A DNA stretch of 61,121 nucleotides, the filler included, from Sphacelaria rigidula (taxonomy: Eukaryota), in NCBI GenBank assembly GCA_964200075.2. It is 8 parts of 8 records of this genome, joined end to end, with 100 filler letters (N's around TTAATTAATTAA, not from the genome) between each part and the next. Parts side by side here need not be neighbours in the genome. Positions count along the whole stretch, not along the records: positions 7,655 to 15,207 come from CAXNAA020014360.1; positions 15,308 to 22,860 come from CAXNAA020014361.1; positions 22,961 to 30,513 come from CAXNAA020014362.1; 5 more parts are not named here. One strand, given 5' to 3'. Of the stretch, positions 12,507 to 25,362 are shown one piece after another (positions within the stretch are counted from its first letter, which is position 1; the number at the start of each line of letters is the position of its first letter). Under the pieces are notes generated by a model. It did not search any database. It was not told the DNA's origin and was given only the letters and a program-made list of their open reading frames with translations. Made by a program: the position numbers and the translations under genes.

Positions 12507-12880
12507 TCGCTCCGGTGGCTCAGTTGGTAACCTCGATATCCTCCTCTGACGGTTGGGTCGTGGGTTCGAATCTCGGAGCGGTCTGGGATTTTTCTCACAC
12601 AATGCCCAACAGTGGAGGGCAACCACAGGATATCCTGGGTAAACGAAAGTCGCCCTGACGGTCGACGAGGGAAACGGACTGCTAATAATAGGCCCCTCCC
12701 GCGATAAAGAATGAGGCAAGCACCGCAAATGGATATTGCAAGGCTAACAGAAAAAATACCAAATGCCTGTGGTGGCCTTCCTCCGGTGTGACTCCGGCTG
12801 GTGAGCCCACATATATATATATACCGATATATATGTTGTGTAAATCGGAACCCAGAATAGATGGGACGACAACACATACA
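12507..12880 (+). mobile_element. SINE family 1, near full-length copy
   Basis: A box TGGCTCAGTTGG, B box GGTTCGAATCT, same body and 3' end (agaatagatgggacgacaacac). Confidence 0.85.
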
Positions 12881-13130
12881 TTTGGACTGTTGTTGTGAGC
12901 CCTCCGACGATATAAAAATGTATGTGCTTGGTTTTTCAACCATGAAGTTTTTTCGACGAGTTGGCAACAACTGTTGTTGTGGATCATGGAGTCTTTTTGT
13001 CACCCAGCTGCCAACTCTATTCCCAGTGAATGTCGAAATAGCGGTCATGATTCTAGGCGACGAGCGCAGCCCTGAAACCGGTTCATGTAGTGTCAAAGAA
13101 ATCGATGGAAGGGCATGGTGTGCGGGCGAG

Positions 13131-13330
13131 TGTTTGTTGTTTGTTGTCATCCCGTCTATTCCGGACGCCAGTCTACACCTTTCGGTATATTTTTGGGCAG
13201 CATCCGGCGGGGTCACAGGAGGAAGGCCTACACACAGGGGTTCTTTCATTTATTTGGCCGTTTATTTTGTTGTTTCTACACTCCTTCTGCAGTTTTCGCC
13301 TTACAGTACTTTTTATCGCGAAAAAAACAG
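13131..13330 (-). mobile_element. SINE family 1, 3' half
   Basis: Reverse complement of the family tail (catcccgtctattccggacgccagtctacacctttcggtata...ggaggaaggcc). Confidence 0.78.
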
Positions 13331-13731
13331 CCTGGATGGAAAAGTGAGTTTCAGTATTTTACACCGACGTTCAACCACGAAACAGTGCAGCCAGGGTTAC
13401 GGCCAGTCGGGGTGTGGTGGATAGATACATAATACGGACAACGGAATAATCTGTGTGCATAGTGGCTGCGGGAATCATCACCTGCCGCGTGACACGATAG
13501 TGTGCGTGGCTGCCCTAAACACGCGAGTGTGCGTGGTACATACCTTGTTAGAGACGTCATGGGCAGTGTCATGTGGGTTGGTCAAGTGCGTGTTCTTTTT
13601 TCGGATGCATTGTGTTGACATTGCGGCGTGTGTCGTTGGGGTGAAGAACAAAGATGGGGCTGCGACAAAGCCACGAAACTCCCGGGATTACAGATTATTT
13701 CGTTGTTGTAGCCATGCGAAACAGTAAACAA

Positions 13732-14008
13732 ATCTTAGACGGCGATGTGGGTACAAGTAGTCATCCGCATCGAGCATACTTCCTCAAGTGAAATTGATGC
13801 CGATTCAGCAGGTCATCCGTTGGATCGGCATCAATTTCAGTAGGAAAGGCTCTGCGCGATCCAGATGGACTGCCCTCGCAGTCTAAGGGTGTACTATCCG
13901 TACACCCTTGGACGGCGAGAGTGGGTCACCTGCTGGATCGGTATCAATATTCACTTGGGAAAAAGTATACGTGATCTAGATGAACTACCGGCATCGCGGT
14001 CTAAGGAT
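13732..14008. mobile_element. Two adjacent palindromic MITE-like units (ccttagacggcga...tcgcNgtctaagg); related pieces at 14925-15035 and 15070-15140
   Basis: Inverted termini, internal gaaattgatgccgat/atcggcatcaatttc arms, and the junction gtctaagggtgta...tacacccttggacggc. Confidence 0.7.
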
Positions 14009-15143
14009 TAAGAGCGACATCGATGCCGTCAACAACTCCGAAACGTACAGGCAAAGCAGCTGGGGTTAAATAATGCAATCGGTAACGTTTCGAATACTGA
14101 ATACTGGTGAGCTTGCAACGCATCTCCACTTGACACGTGCTCCAACGGTTAACGACGCCTGCATACTTTGCGTACTTCGCAAGGGTGAATTTTGTTATGA
14201 AAGTACTTCGTAATAATCATGTTGAATAAGGTCAGCATGAATTTCATGAATTTCCACATGTCGATCGACGCGACTCTGGAGGCGCGGTTTACAGTACAAC
14301 GGGTACCTAGCTCGACGACATATGATCAATCAAGACACTCTCGTACTATCTTCGTTTATGGAGGTGTTGGCTAGGCAATGCCTTGTGTATCATCCAACTC
14401 TGTCTTGTGCAACAGGAGCACAATGAATCTAGAGTGTCAAGCAATCCAAGATTCACGCTCAAGGTTTTCGCACCTATTTCGTAGATCGAATAGGAAGCTC
14501 AAACAGCAAGCTGGTTCTCACTTTATTAATCTGACGGTTCTCGTTCCTAGCTTTCACCATTAATCACCAGAAGCGATGTGGTAGTTGTTGGCTGAACGTC
14601 CAAGCTGAGCGTGGGGGAAGGTGCAGGAGGTCAAAGCCTCTCCCTGCACCGATCGTGTATACTCGGGAGGCGTGCTGCACTTCGGAAATTGGGTAAACCA
14701 TCAATCCGATCTACACCTGCCCCAAAGCGCATCTCCCCCACGGGTGCCTACACATGAAGATCCTATATCTGTACAATGCTTGTGACCCGCGAGTCTGAGG
14801 AGGACATACTGCAAACGCCTCTCCACCTCATGACACGTTGAGTTCTACTCTGGGTTGAATGTCCTTTACATCGTTTTCTTGGCACAGCATGGTTGGGTAT
14901 TTTGGCCATCACTCGTCGCCTACACCCTACTAACTCTGACTGGGAGAGCGGGAGGGTAGTCCATCTGGATCATACTTGATTTTTTCAAGTGAAATTAATG
15001 CCGAATCTACGGATGATGTGGGCTCGCCGTCCAAAAGCCTCGGTCGGAAAATAATTGGTCGCGAATGTTTAACCCTTAGACGGCGGCGGGTGGTCCATCT
15101 GGATCATGCATACCTTTTCCAAGTAAATGTTGAATATCGATAT

Positions 15144-15207
15144 GCCGGTCGCCCCGGTGGCTCAGTTGGTAACCTCGTAACCTTCTGATGGTTGAGTTGG
15201 GGGGTTC
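15144..15207 (+). mobile_element. SINE family 1, 5' head cut by the contig end
   Basis: gccggtcgccccggtggctcagttggtaacctcg runs into the linker. Confidence 0.8.
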
Positions 15208-16816
15208 NNNNNNNNNNNNNNNNNNNNNNNNNNNNNNNNNNNNNNNNNNNNTTAATTAATTAANNNNNNNNNNNNNNNNNNNNNNNNNNNNNNNNNNNNN
15301 NNNNNNNCCACCCATCCCACCGAATGCGGAACAGCACGCATCAAACCTGCCAAAGTGTGCTGAAGTGCTTCCACTTGGTGAAGCAAGCCATTCCGGCGTG
15401 GCGTTTATCCGTCGGTCTGTCTTTTCACGCGAGAAAGGTGATCAACGGCCAAAACATGTAACTATGCGTTCTGTATGCTACGATTTTCGTATACCCAAGG
15501 TATTTACCCGGGCAATACCCGTACCCGGCAGTTTTGTGGGTTCTGTAAGCCTCCATACCGGCACCCGACACTTGTGTGAGACCTGTACGGATTGTTCATC
15601 TTTACCCGGGGCACGGGTGTACCCTTGTGGAAATGTCTGGTTACGGGTAAGGGTTTCTGTATATCCTTGATACCGCACCTGACAGGTCGTGCAAGTCCTC
15701 GAAGAGTTCCATACCGGTATTCGACAGTTTTGTAAGTTCTGTAAGCATCCCGTACCCCACCAAACACACCTGTATCTTTCGGAACAAAACCTTTGAAATG
15801 TCTACTCTTGATAGGTTTGTACTCCGGCCTAATGAGAAGTGGTTCGAGGGAAAAGTAAACGCCATGCGCTTACCGTCTGAGACCACACAAACAGAACAGC
15901 TTGCTGACCTACAAAATACACTCATTCGCTTTTACTGAGATTTTGTTTTACCTAAAGTGTCACCTGTTACTCCAAGGTAAATGATGGAATACGGCAGAAA
16001 TATGGGAATGGAAAATGTGAAACCTGACGGGCTTTTTCCTCTCAAGACGTCTGCAAAGCTCCAATTTAGCACAAGGTTGACCGCTAGATACGCACGAACA
16101 TCCCACGGAGCTGTTGCAACGCTTGTAGCTGTCGACAAAATGACGAAAATGTCGAGAGCGTCCTACCGAAAACAAATGCTCTGGTGGCCGGAAAATGACT
16201 TGCTTGTAAGGCACGGTTTGCCCGACCTTCGGGGCTGGGCTGTATCAGATAAGAAAAGTGGTATTCATTGCCCAGTAATTATTAGATAACATGTCGCGCT
16301 CCGGAGAAGCTCATGCTCGCTTGTTGCGGCTGAAGGTGAGGAAAATAAAATAATCAGACCCGTCGGCGGAAATGATGACCCGGGGGTGCTCTTCGCCCGC
16401 AATGGCTTTGTTTTGTTTCGACGTAAATGTCGGATCTCTTCTTGGAGGGGGGAGGGGGGGGGGGCGGTTGCAGAAATAGCCACCTGAAAACCTGAACAGT
16501 CGGGAGGTACAACGATATCTCCGACACACTTACACACAAAGCCACAACTCCAACTTTCCTTGTTTTGCGGGAACTGTCTGATTATGAGGTTACCTGTGGC
16601 TGATATCTGAATCTCCTGCGGAGCTTGTTGACCTGAGGCAAACGTTGACGGTCACCGGTGGTATATATATTACTTCAGACACCACCCTTCTTCTCGCCCC
16701 CTTGTTCGGCCGTACACATAATATTTCACACATTGACCGAAAACCACCACAAAGGAGTATGACAATTGTGTAATCAGCTACTCTTTGCTTAAGGAGTGAT
16801 TGTATGTACATAAGTA

Positions 16817-18226
16817 CTTCCTCTGTCCCAGAAGTAAAGTCCGTTATGATCACACGGACCCTTAGCCGTGTCCGATGTCGCAGGCGATAATTTTTTTGAA
16901 ATCTTTGATGTTTTTTGGGTTGAACCTCGTTTTCGCTTTGTTTTTCTACGCATTCCCCGGCTCACGCGACCGTCCGAAAAAAACGTAGTCGGCCCAAAAA
17001 AGGACATATTTAGGCCCTTTTGCGGGGGCAAAAAAGTGTTAAAAAAAAATGTTACCCGCCCTCGTCGTCGCTAGGGCTTGCCGCTAGGTAGTCCCAGGCC
17101 TTCGTGAAGGCATCCTTATCGTATTTTACCACCCTTTCTGACGTTTCTGCCCTCTGCCGCACCCTCACCCCGGAATGTTCCACACTAAAGTCCTTGTCGC
17201 CCATCTCACGTAGTGTTTGGTTGTAAACCTTGAAGAGGCTCTGCCAAACCCGCTCCAACGTGTCACCGTCGTACTGCTTGAAGATAGTCTCCACCAACTC
17301 GTCTATCGAACTTGCATTCATCCCCCATACCCTCGACTTGAGAGATGCGAAGAAGCCCAAGTCGTTGACGTTCAAGTCAGGCGACTGTGCAGGCTACGTG
17401 ACTAGCTCTACCATCCAACCCCGCCCCATCCCCGCCGAGTTAAGAAGCTCGGGATTGTTTTTTCCCCGTGTGGGGGCTTGCGCCGTCTTGCTGGACGATT
17501 ACGCGCTTCGAACGTAGCGACGGCATCTAAAGCTTGATCGCAGGCAGAAGTTCGTCGATGTACCACGTCTTGTACCACCCCGCGTCGATGGTGCAGTCGA
17601 ACTCGTACTCCTCCCCCCTCTTCCTCCCCTTGGACGACCGCTCGGCGGTCTTCAGCACACAAATGCGCCAGATGCCGATCTTTCCGTCGAAGTTGTGGCT
17701 CGCGTCAGGCCGAGCGTTTGCAACGATCACCATAATCTTGGGCAGGTGGCTCTTGTGTTGTACTTCCAATGTTTTCTGGGGTAGTCAGCACCAACGCCGT
17801 AACGCTCCGCCATGGGGCCTAGAACGCCCTTGGGCACCCTCGAATTTCCTAGGGGAATGGCCATCGCTATGTCCACCGCCATTGCATACCGGCGGCTCAA
17901 CGACACATCTGCGCCCTGCTTACGTTTTGGGGGGGGTCTCCATCGTGGTTGTGGGGGTAATGGGCGTTCAATTGCCCAGAAAAGCAGAAATTCTCCATAT
18001 AATTCTAAAAAAACAATCTCAAAACAAATTCTCAAACTCCCACCAAATGCCCACTTTTTGATCCACTAATTCTCAGTAATTTCGATTCATATTTTTTGTC
18101 TTTTGTTCAGCAAGCATCACCATGTCAACAGCGTTTCAAAAAACCTACCCATAGCGTCGTGGGCAACTCCATTGGCGATATACGATCTTTCCCCCATAAC
18201 GGACTTTACTTATGGGACAGAGGAAG
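16817..18226 (-). mobile_element. Tc1/mariner DNA transposon with both termini (1410 bp, non-autonomous)
   Basis: 32-bp TIRs cttcctctgtccca(g/t)aagtaaagtccgttatg at 16817-16848 and 18195-18226 (1 mismatch); TA on both flanks (16815-16816, 18227-18228); termini resemble the Stowaway/plant mariner CTCCCTCCGT. Confidence 0.93.
17052..17775 (-). pseudogene. Mariner (DD39D-like) transposase, C-terminal half, disrupted
   Basis: Motifs HLPKIMVIVANARP...FDGKIGIW, VIVQQDGASPH and PAQSPDLNVNDLGFF; in-frame stops near 17528 and 17396; a +1 frameshift in an A run near 17460; the N-terminal HTH and first catalytic D are not seen. Confidence 0.9.
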
Positions 18227-21094
18227 TATATTTGTTAGACGTGGCTCATCACGTGAAGTGACAACTTTCTCTTCCCTTTCTGTGGGGCGCGGCGTGGTCT
18301 ACAAGTGACTCCAACACTGAATCGTCTCACTGTTTTTTTGGCCACATTAGTTCAACCTTTCTGAGTCTCGGCCGAATCAAACCAATGTCTCGAAAACATG
18401 CAAGATAACTTTATTCTTACTTGTCCGCGCCAACGAATCAATCTCCGTTTCTTCATAGGCCTGGTTCACGGAGCACAGCCCACGTGCGGCGTATCATAGC
18501 TTTGAAAACGCGAGTTCCTGCTAGGGTTGCCGCAGTGAACGAAACTGTGTTGTGTGCCTAGCCAATCGAGCACGTGCATGTATGGTACGTCTTTGATGCT
18601 TTATTGTACTTGGTATGACACACACCAGAGCAAGTACGCCCGAACATGAGTTGAACGAAGTCGACTTCTACACCAATGACCGCAGATTTTTCGCTACAGA
18701 AGAATGTCCTGCTCAAGGGATGTTTTGCTCGTTTACGTTGTAGCTCGACTGCTTTCATGCTTTATGGATCCGTCATGCGCGTGTCAGATGGCGTTTCTGG
18801 AACCCATTCGATGAGGCATCACCTTTCAAGGCGTGGAAATCGTGCTTCAGGAGGTGACCTAGGCAATCAAACAAGGCGAGCGGGTAAGTCGGCGTGCCGC
18901 AGGCCAAACCAATCGACTCGAGAAGCCCAAGAAATACCACGTAAGATCCCTTTTTGTACGCGAACATACGTGACACTCACGTGCCATGGCGTGACTAGCA
19001 TATTGCTAATGTGCTCAAGACATGCGTGGGCGTGCCTGAGACTACCGTCAGTGAGTGGAAAATGACCTAAAAGTCGTCGATATCGTCCACTGCTGGCTTG
19101 ACTTAAAAGTATAATAAACGTGAAGCGCCTTTAATACTGATGGTTGAGTTAGCCCGTGCCGCTACCATGACTGTTGGTACTTCCTGCGAGGGTGGTCTAA
19201 ACCTTGAACCCCATACGCCACCGATCGATATGGGTGTAAGATGACGGTAGTTAACAGGTAGTCGCTTGGGTTTAGTGTTCCTGATCTGTAATTTCTGGAC
19301 TCGTGTACGGGTCATTGAACCACTGCGATTGATTATGGTTACGGTTGGATGACTTGAATAAGGTGTGGGGACTCTAGTTTCCGTACAGGAACGCCTGCCG
19401 CCACGTGGTCCTTGATCACGATACGGAACAGGTCGTTACCCGGTCTTTGTATTCCTTGATCCTTTTTACGTGACAGTAGTACGGGTCGACCAACCACATG
19501 AGTTTCGTCTTTCTCCTTCCGACCACTTGGCACTGATTACTTGTGCTCATTAGCCACAAGGATTGGTATGGCTTGTCACTCGGATTCAGTGTTGTTGCTC
19601 TGATCTTCTACAGCAGCGTCTGCCGCCACAGAGGACTCGACTGCAATTGTGAACAAGACAGCCGGTGATGAAGTGGCAGCGATTTCTTGACTCTAGGATG
19701 ACTTATCGACGAATCCCTACCTATCGTGGATACCTTTTTTTGTCGTTGTAGTCTGCGCGTGCAATTATGACGCTTGGATACAAAGGAAAAGGGGAAGTGC
19801 CGCTTTATTTTGAGCCGATGTTGGTCAAAGAAGTGAACTAGTCCTGTTGTCATGGGACTACGACAGACGCGAGGGTGACGTGGACACGAACCCCTCCAGC
19901 GGTTTTCTACCAAATGTCCACCGTACGCGCTATGTACCTATCGGTGTATCTCAGGCAAGAAACTCTGGACTCACGTTGCTGACAGCTTCTACTTCGTACA
20001 CTCGATGCTGTCACTCGTGTAATGCCAAGCTGGTACGAATCCGAGAGACGAGGAGATGCTCAAGAGTAACACCAGGGTTGGAGGCGTCGCAGGGTAGGAA
20101 GATTACGTCATGACCGACAACGAGCGATTCCTCCCTCGGGGCTAGTGATTGTGGGTCTGAGAAGGATTTATGACCCTCATGAATTTTATCTCGCGCTAAT
20201 AGAAGTCCTCTGTGCCCCCGACCCTCATGATATCAACCGCTTACTCGTACAACACAAGACATTTGACAAATTAATAATTTAACGTGTCACGATACAGTGT
20301 ATCGAGCGTTGCACCCGTCACAGCGTTCAACATGTGAGCGGATAATCGTTGTGATTTTCATATGTAGTACAGTGCAAGATAATACATCTTCCTTCCGTGA
20401 TGTACGACACCCCACTTGAAACGAAGGCAGCCCGCGGTATTGGAGTACCCTCTACACACGACTCACACATTGACGATCTATCTGCAGCCACCCATATGAA
20501 GTGTAGTGCTAGCTGAGCGCTTGCGACGAACTTTAGGAAGCCAGCACACCAAAACGACCGAACTTTCTATGATTCGAAACTATGATGATGATGGGGCCCG
20601 CAAGTTGCAAACAAAAGTAGCTGTTTTTTCCTCGCAAATAGAGAGATATTTCTACAGCCGGCAGCCGTCCCACCGAATGTGTGGAGTCACCTGCGACACT
20701 GTGCGTCATCAAAACCATGTAGCAAGAACACTCAGGCGTCCCGTAGTCACACTCAGGCACTGTTTGACAACTTGAGCATGCCTCCCTCTGAACCCTGTAC
20801 TTAGGCCAATATTAACAAGAAGGGCTGAAAAGCTGGGGCCGACAACCGAAAACGTCTTTGGCAGGTAAACGTTGTAGCATGTGTACAACATGCTCAGCCC
20901 CGACGGGGTCTGTGCTTCTCGTCAGAGGTCACGTACAGCAGCAAAACTCGGTTACCGATGGGAATACCGAGTTAAACGTTGTTCTGATGGCCGGGGTTTT
21001 GTCGATCTTTTTTCGTTTCCACTTTGGAGTGCGCCGGTGATATACCTTTTCCTGATTGCACTTACCTTTATCCAGAAGAAGGTCTTCGAGGTGT

Positions 21095-21449
21095 ATGTTT
21101 TTGCTTTGCCATCCCATCCATTCCAGGACACCAGTCTACACCTTTCGGTATATTTGGGCGCATCAGTCGGGGTCACCAAGGAAGAAGGCCAGAACAAGAT
21201 TTCTGTTTTGAAGTTTTTTTCTCCGCCACGTTCCTCCTGCGGTGCTTTCATCCCTTTCTTTTTCGCGAGAAGGGTTCAGCGGCCCCTTTCCCGCGTCGAC
21301 CGTGAAGTCAAACTTCATGAATCCACGACATGAGCCACTCTTCACTGTTGGGACTGATGAGAGGAAAATCCCAGATCGTGTGACTTCACTGAGATTTAAA
21401 CCCACGTTTCAACCGTCAGAAGGTTTCTGGGCTACCACCTGAGCCACCG
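21095..21449 (-). mobile_element. SINE family 1, full-length diverged copy
   Basis: The reverse complement starts cggtggctcaggtggtagc and ends ...accgaaaggtgtagactggtgtcc...atgggatggcaa. Confidence 0.82.
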
Positions 21450-24400
21450 AAGTGTATGTACACGCTGACATATAGTTACAATACATATGAGGACACCGTT
21501 GCCACGGCGGCACAGCATTTTGTGTATATCAAATATGTCCAAACACAGTACTTGCGCAGAGTGTTCACAAGCAAGTCGCCCTGGCTCGAGAATGTTCAAC
21601 AGATTCTCTGGGGAAAAGCTTTCGGAAGGTGTGATCGCAAGACGTGACCCCTAGTGGCCAGACCAGTTGTTTGCACCGTCAGGCAGGTTTGTCATGGTGC
21701 ATACGTCTGTGACGACGGGTTCGCGAGATCGGGCTAATGTGCGGAAATAATAATGATAATAAACAATAATACGCCTAGTCATTGAGAATCATGCCGCGTA
21801 GGCAAGACTGGTGATCTTGTACAGATTAGGTCGGGTTGGCCAGAAAAGACAGTGATTGCACCAGCCCCGATCCCCCCTGTGTCCGTCTTCAAGAAGCATC
21901 TTGAATTGAGTGATCGCCTTATCCAGACATGCTACTCTTAGAGTACGCGCGCTTCTCGAATTCCGCTCCACGTAGCACCCAATCGTACCAAAACGTTCCA
22001 GTCAAGAAAATACCACGCCCATGCGCAAACCGCTAGCTCATGTGCTCCAATCACTACATTTTGCCCCCTGGCGTCTTGTATAACCCACAACGACAGCAAG
22101 ATGCTTGACTGGAAAACAGGGGGCAGCGGTAGCAGTAACCACAGGCAGCCTGCGCCCGTGTTCGGACAGAAGCTGGTCGATGGGGACGATGGTGATGACC
22201 CTGTTACCTGCACAACTGTGTTCCTCCCGACATCGTCATCTTCCAAGTCCCAAGCTCTTCAACCGCCGGCGAGAAACCCGAGAAGTCTTTTCTGCATGTT
22301 TTAGGTTTCAGTTTAATGCACGGGGTGATTCGCCGTTTGCCACGTGGATGTCCCAGCTGTACTCGGAATTTCATATTCAAATTCAGGTTCAGATGGCTGT
22401 GTTTCGAACCTCGCAAGGCAACACTGCAGAGCCAACTACACACATCCCGCGGGCTGGGCGTGAAGTTTATGTCGTACTAGTCCAGCCAACATCATTCATT
22501 TTTTGCTCGAAATAGGACGTCATAATCGCACATCCCGCCGCACGTATTTTTCTTGAGCATCGGTGGTCTGCATTACAGTATCCGTCCTTCTTCTGATGTG
22601 TCTAGTTTCCAGTCATCCTGTGTCGGTTATCGACAGAGTCGAGCAGCGACCGAAACACACCACCCCGTGTGGCTTGACCCACTTGTGAATGCATTGGTTG
22701 AAGGGCTTTCTCTTCAGTGGGTTGCAGTTGGAGCTGCAGTTTGCGTAGCAGGCGCATGTTCCCCCAATCCCCCTGTGTTCATGCCCCCCCCCCCCCCCCT
22801 TCCCCCCCCCCCTACGGGGGGGGGCGCCCCCGCGCCACACCCCTAAGACAGAAACAAAAANNNNNNNNNNNNNNNNNNNNNNNNNNNNNNNNNNNNNNNN
22901 NNNNTTAATTAATTAANNNNNNNNNNNNNNNNNNNNNNNNNNNNNNNNNNNNNNNNNNNNTGCGCTTGTATTTGGTTCCAAATGGTGTCAGGCAGTATGG
23001 ATGAGCGTTATTGATTCTCAACAAGCTTGTTCGAACAACCGCTGCTGCTTTCAACGACGATCTGCCTCGAAATTTTGAGCGACAAATGGCCCAAAATACC
23101 TCCCCCGCTATCGTAGGATGACTCTTCGAGCAACCGTTGGTGCTTTCAACGACGATTTGACTTGGAATTTCGTGCAAGGAGTGGCCCAAAATACCCCCCT
23201 CCCCCCATCGTAGGATGTCTTTGTGTATGTGTAGGGCGGTTGGTATCTATCAACGTGCACGAAGAGTGCTGATAAAATCATACGCAACAAAAAAGGAGTA
23301 AGTTAAGCTCAGGAACTTACTCAATGGTCTTTGGTTGAGGGCTCAGACATCGGAGACGGAGACAGCTGTAGGTGCCGCGCATGTATCAGACGCTGGAGAA
23401 GTGTTTGATCCTCTACTGTATGGTTGAATCCAAGTCGAGTGTGAGAAAGTGGGACATAAGGGGTCGTGCAAAAGACTTGCCATCCCCGACCCCAAGACAC
23501 GTCTTCACGCACAGTCAAAACTTGAAATCTTGTATTTCACACGGCTATTTCTAGCTCCCAATACGTACACATCTATCGTTCAACTAGTATCATTTCACGT
23601 CATACAACATCCAAGTGCGACCATTACGAAGCGACACAGTTGATCATCTGGGCGCTCAATTATTCGCGCAAGATATAAACTCCTCGTATTCGCTGGTCTG
23701 TGTCTAGAACAACTCAGCACGGCAATCCCCGTCACATAACAATCGTTGCCGTCGACCCGACTGCGCAACTTCACACTCATACCACGCAAAATCCCACGTT
23801 TCCTCATCGGTAAGTTCGCGTGGCATGGAAGGCACACATGAGCCAAAAAACAAGCAACACATATACTACACCGGACACATACTTCAGCCAAACATAGGGC
23901 CAAGGCAAATCTACTTCGCCGGGGTACGAAAACCTCACGCCCCTCTCTGTATACTTGCGATATACTCCAAATCCACTGCCAAGTAGGTGCAGCAGCAAGA
24001 GCGGCACATGTCAACAGGGAACATCCTAGGCTAGAGGGCGCGAGTCCGTTTGGCGTATCCGCTTCCCTCGATTCCAGTTTTCGCGCTCATCCGTCTTAGT
24101 GGCTACCTTTCCGATGTTTTTCAAAAGATAAGCAGCGAACGGTGAAATTAACATCAAGGAATATGGGACGGAGCGAGCAGTTGAATCAAGAAACGCGTGA
24201 GCGACTAATCGAATTGATAAAAAATGTAGCGTTTCACCAGTCCCGACTATTCTTTACATCGAAAAGGGCAGATATATGTGCGTACGCATAAGATGCAAAA
24301 CAGCAAGCTTTTTCCGAAGTTGTCTGCTCCGTCGTGCTCGGTGCTTGTGAGTCAAAACAATTCGCCGAGGACACACAGGAGGCGTTCGGGCCTGACTGAT

Positions 24401-24869
24401 CGTGCTACTTTGTGGTTGGTGTAACAATTGAATGGTGTCGAGTCGATTGATTGGTTTGCACGAAAAACCGCTAACGACGAGTTGCTTATACGACCGGCCA
24501 GTCTTCTCACTATCCAACTCCTTCGGTCCATGGTCAGATGAGAAACGTTTCAAGCATGGAAATGAACCGCATACAGCAACTGCGCTGGTTTCCCCACAAG
24601 TCTATGTCAAGGAATTACCTGTTCACACCGGCGACACCAGTGAGATAGCTTGTACGCTCCATGAACAAAAGGTTTCGGGTTTAAATCCCGGATCCTATCA
24701 AAATGGTGGGAGCCGAAAACAAATGGAGGATACCCTCTGAAGCAGAGTTCAAAACAAACGAAAAGTCTCCCGCGGCGATTTTTGGTTGTATGACCCAACA
24801 CACGTAGAACATATGTGAACGAAATGGCAGACTCCCAACCGCTAGCCGGCGCAGAAGGTTACTCATACT

Positions 24870-25362
24870 AAACCTCCAAGAGGTTCATGAAGGGAACAGT
24901 GGTGGTGGTGGGGGTAATGTGTGAACCACCACGTGAAAGGGACAGATTCCCGCAGGCGTCTGCTTTTGGGTTGAGGTACTTGTCTGACTGATCGCCGTTT
25001 GGGAAAACGTCATTCAGTTTACAATCAAGAGTCTCGAAACTATCCTCCTTGAGCAATCGCCGCATCTGCCGGGCGCAGTACCTCAGTGTCGCACAGGACG
25101 CGCCCTGGGGATGAACATACACCAATCAAATCAACGGACGAGCACACACGAGAATATGTAATGTATATTTTACCTTCCATTGGGCTAGACGTGCTCTCCG
25201 ACGAGTCGCTGGAACTACCTCCGTCGTCTGTTGTGTCGCTGGAACTACTTCCGTCGTCTATTGTGCTGGAACTAGTAGACACCGGGCTAGGAGTCTCCCC
25301 GGCAGCGAGGGGCATCATCGTGGGAGCTGCGATAGGGGTCTGGGTGACGGTTGTTTCTCCTG
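24870..25362 (-). pseudogene. Possible two-exon remnant of a Ser/Thr-rich (extracellular-type) protein gene
   Basis: Acceptor tttgacag|, ETTVTQTPIAAPT...DDGSSSSDTTDDGGSSSDSS, donor G|GTAAAA, acceptor ccccag|; the spliced frame hits a stop soon after. Confidence 0.35.

Noticed and set aside
12494..13424. 251-aa and 187-aa overlapping ORFs
   Set aside because: Both are translations of SINE copies.
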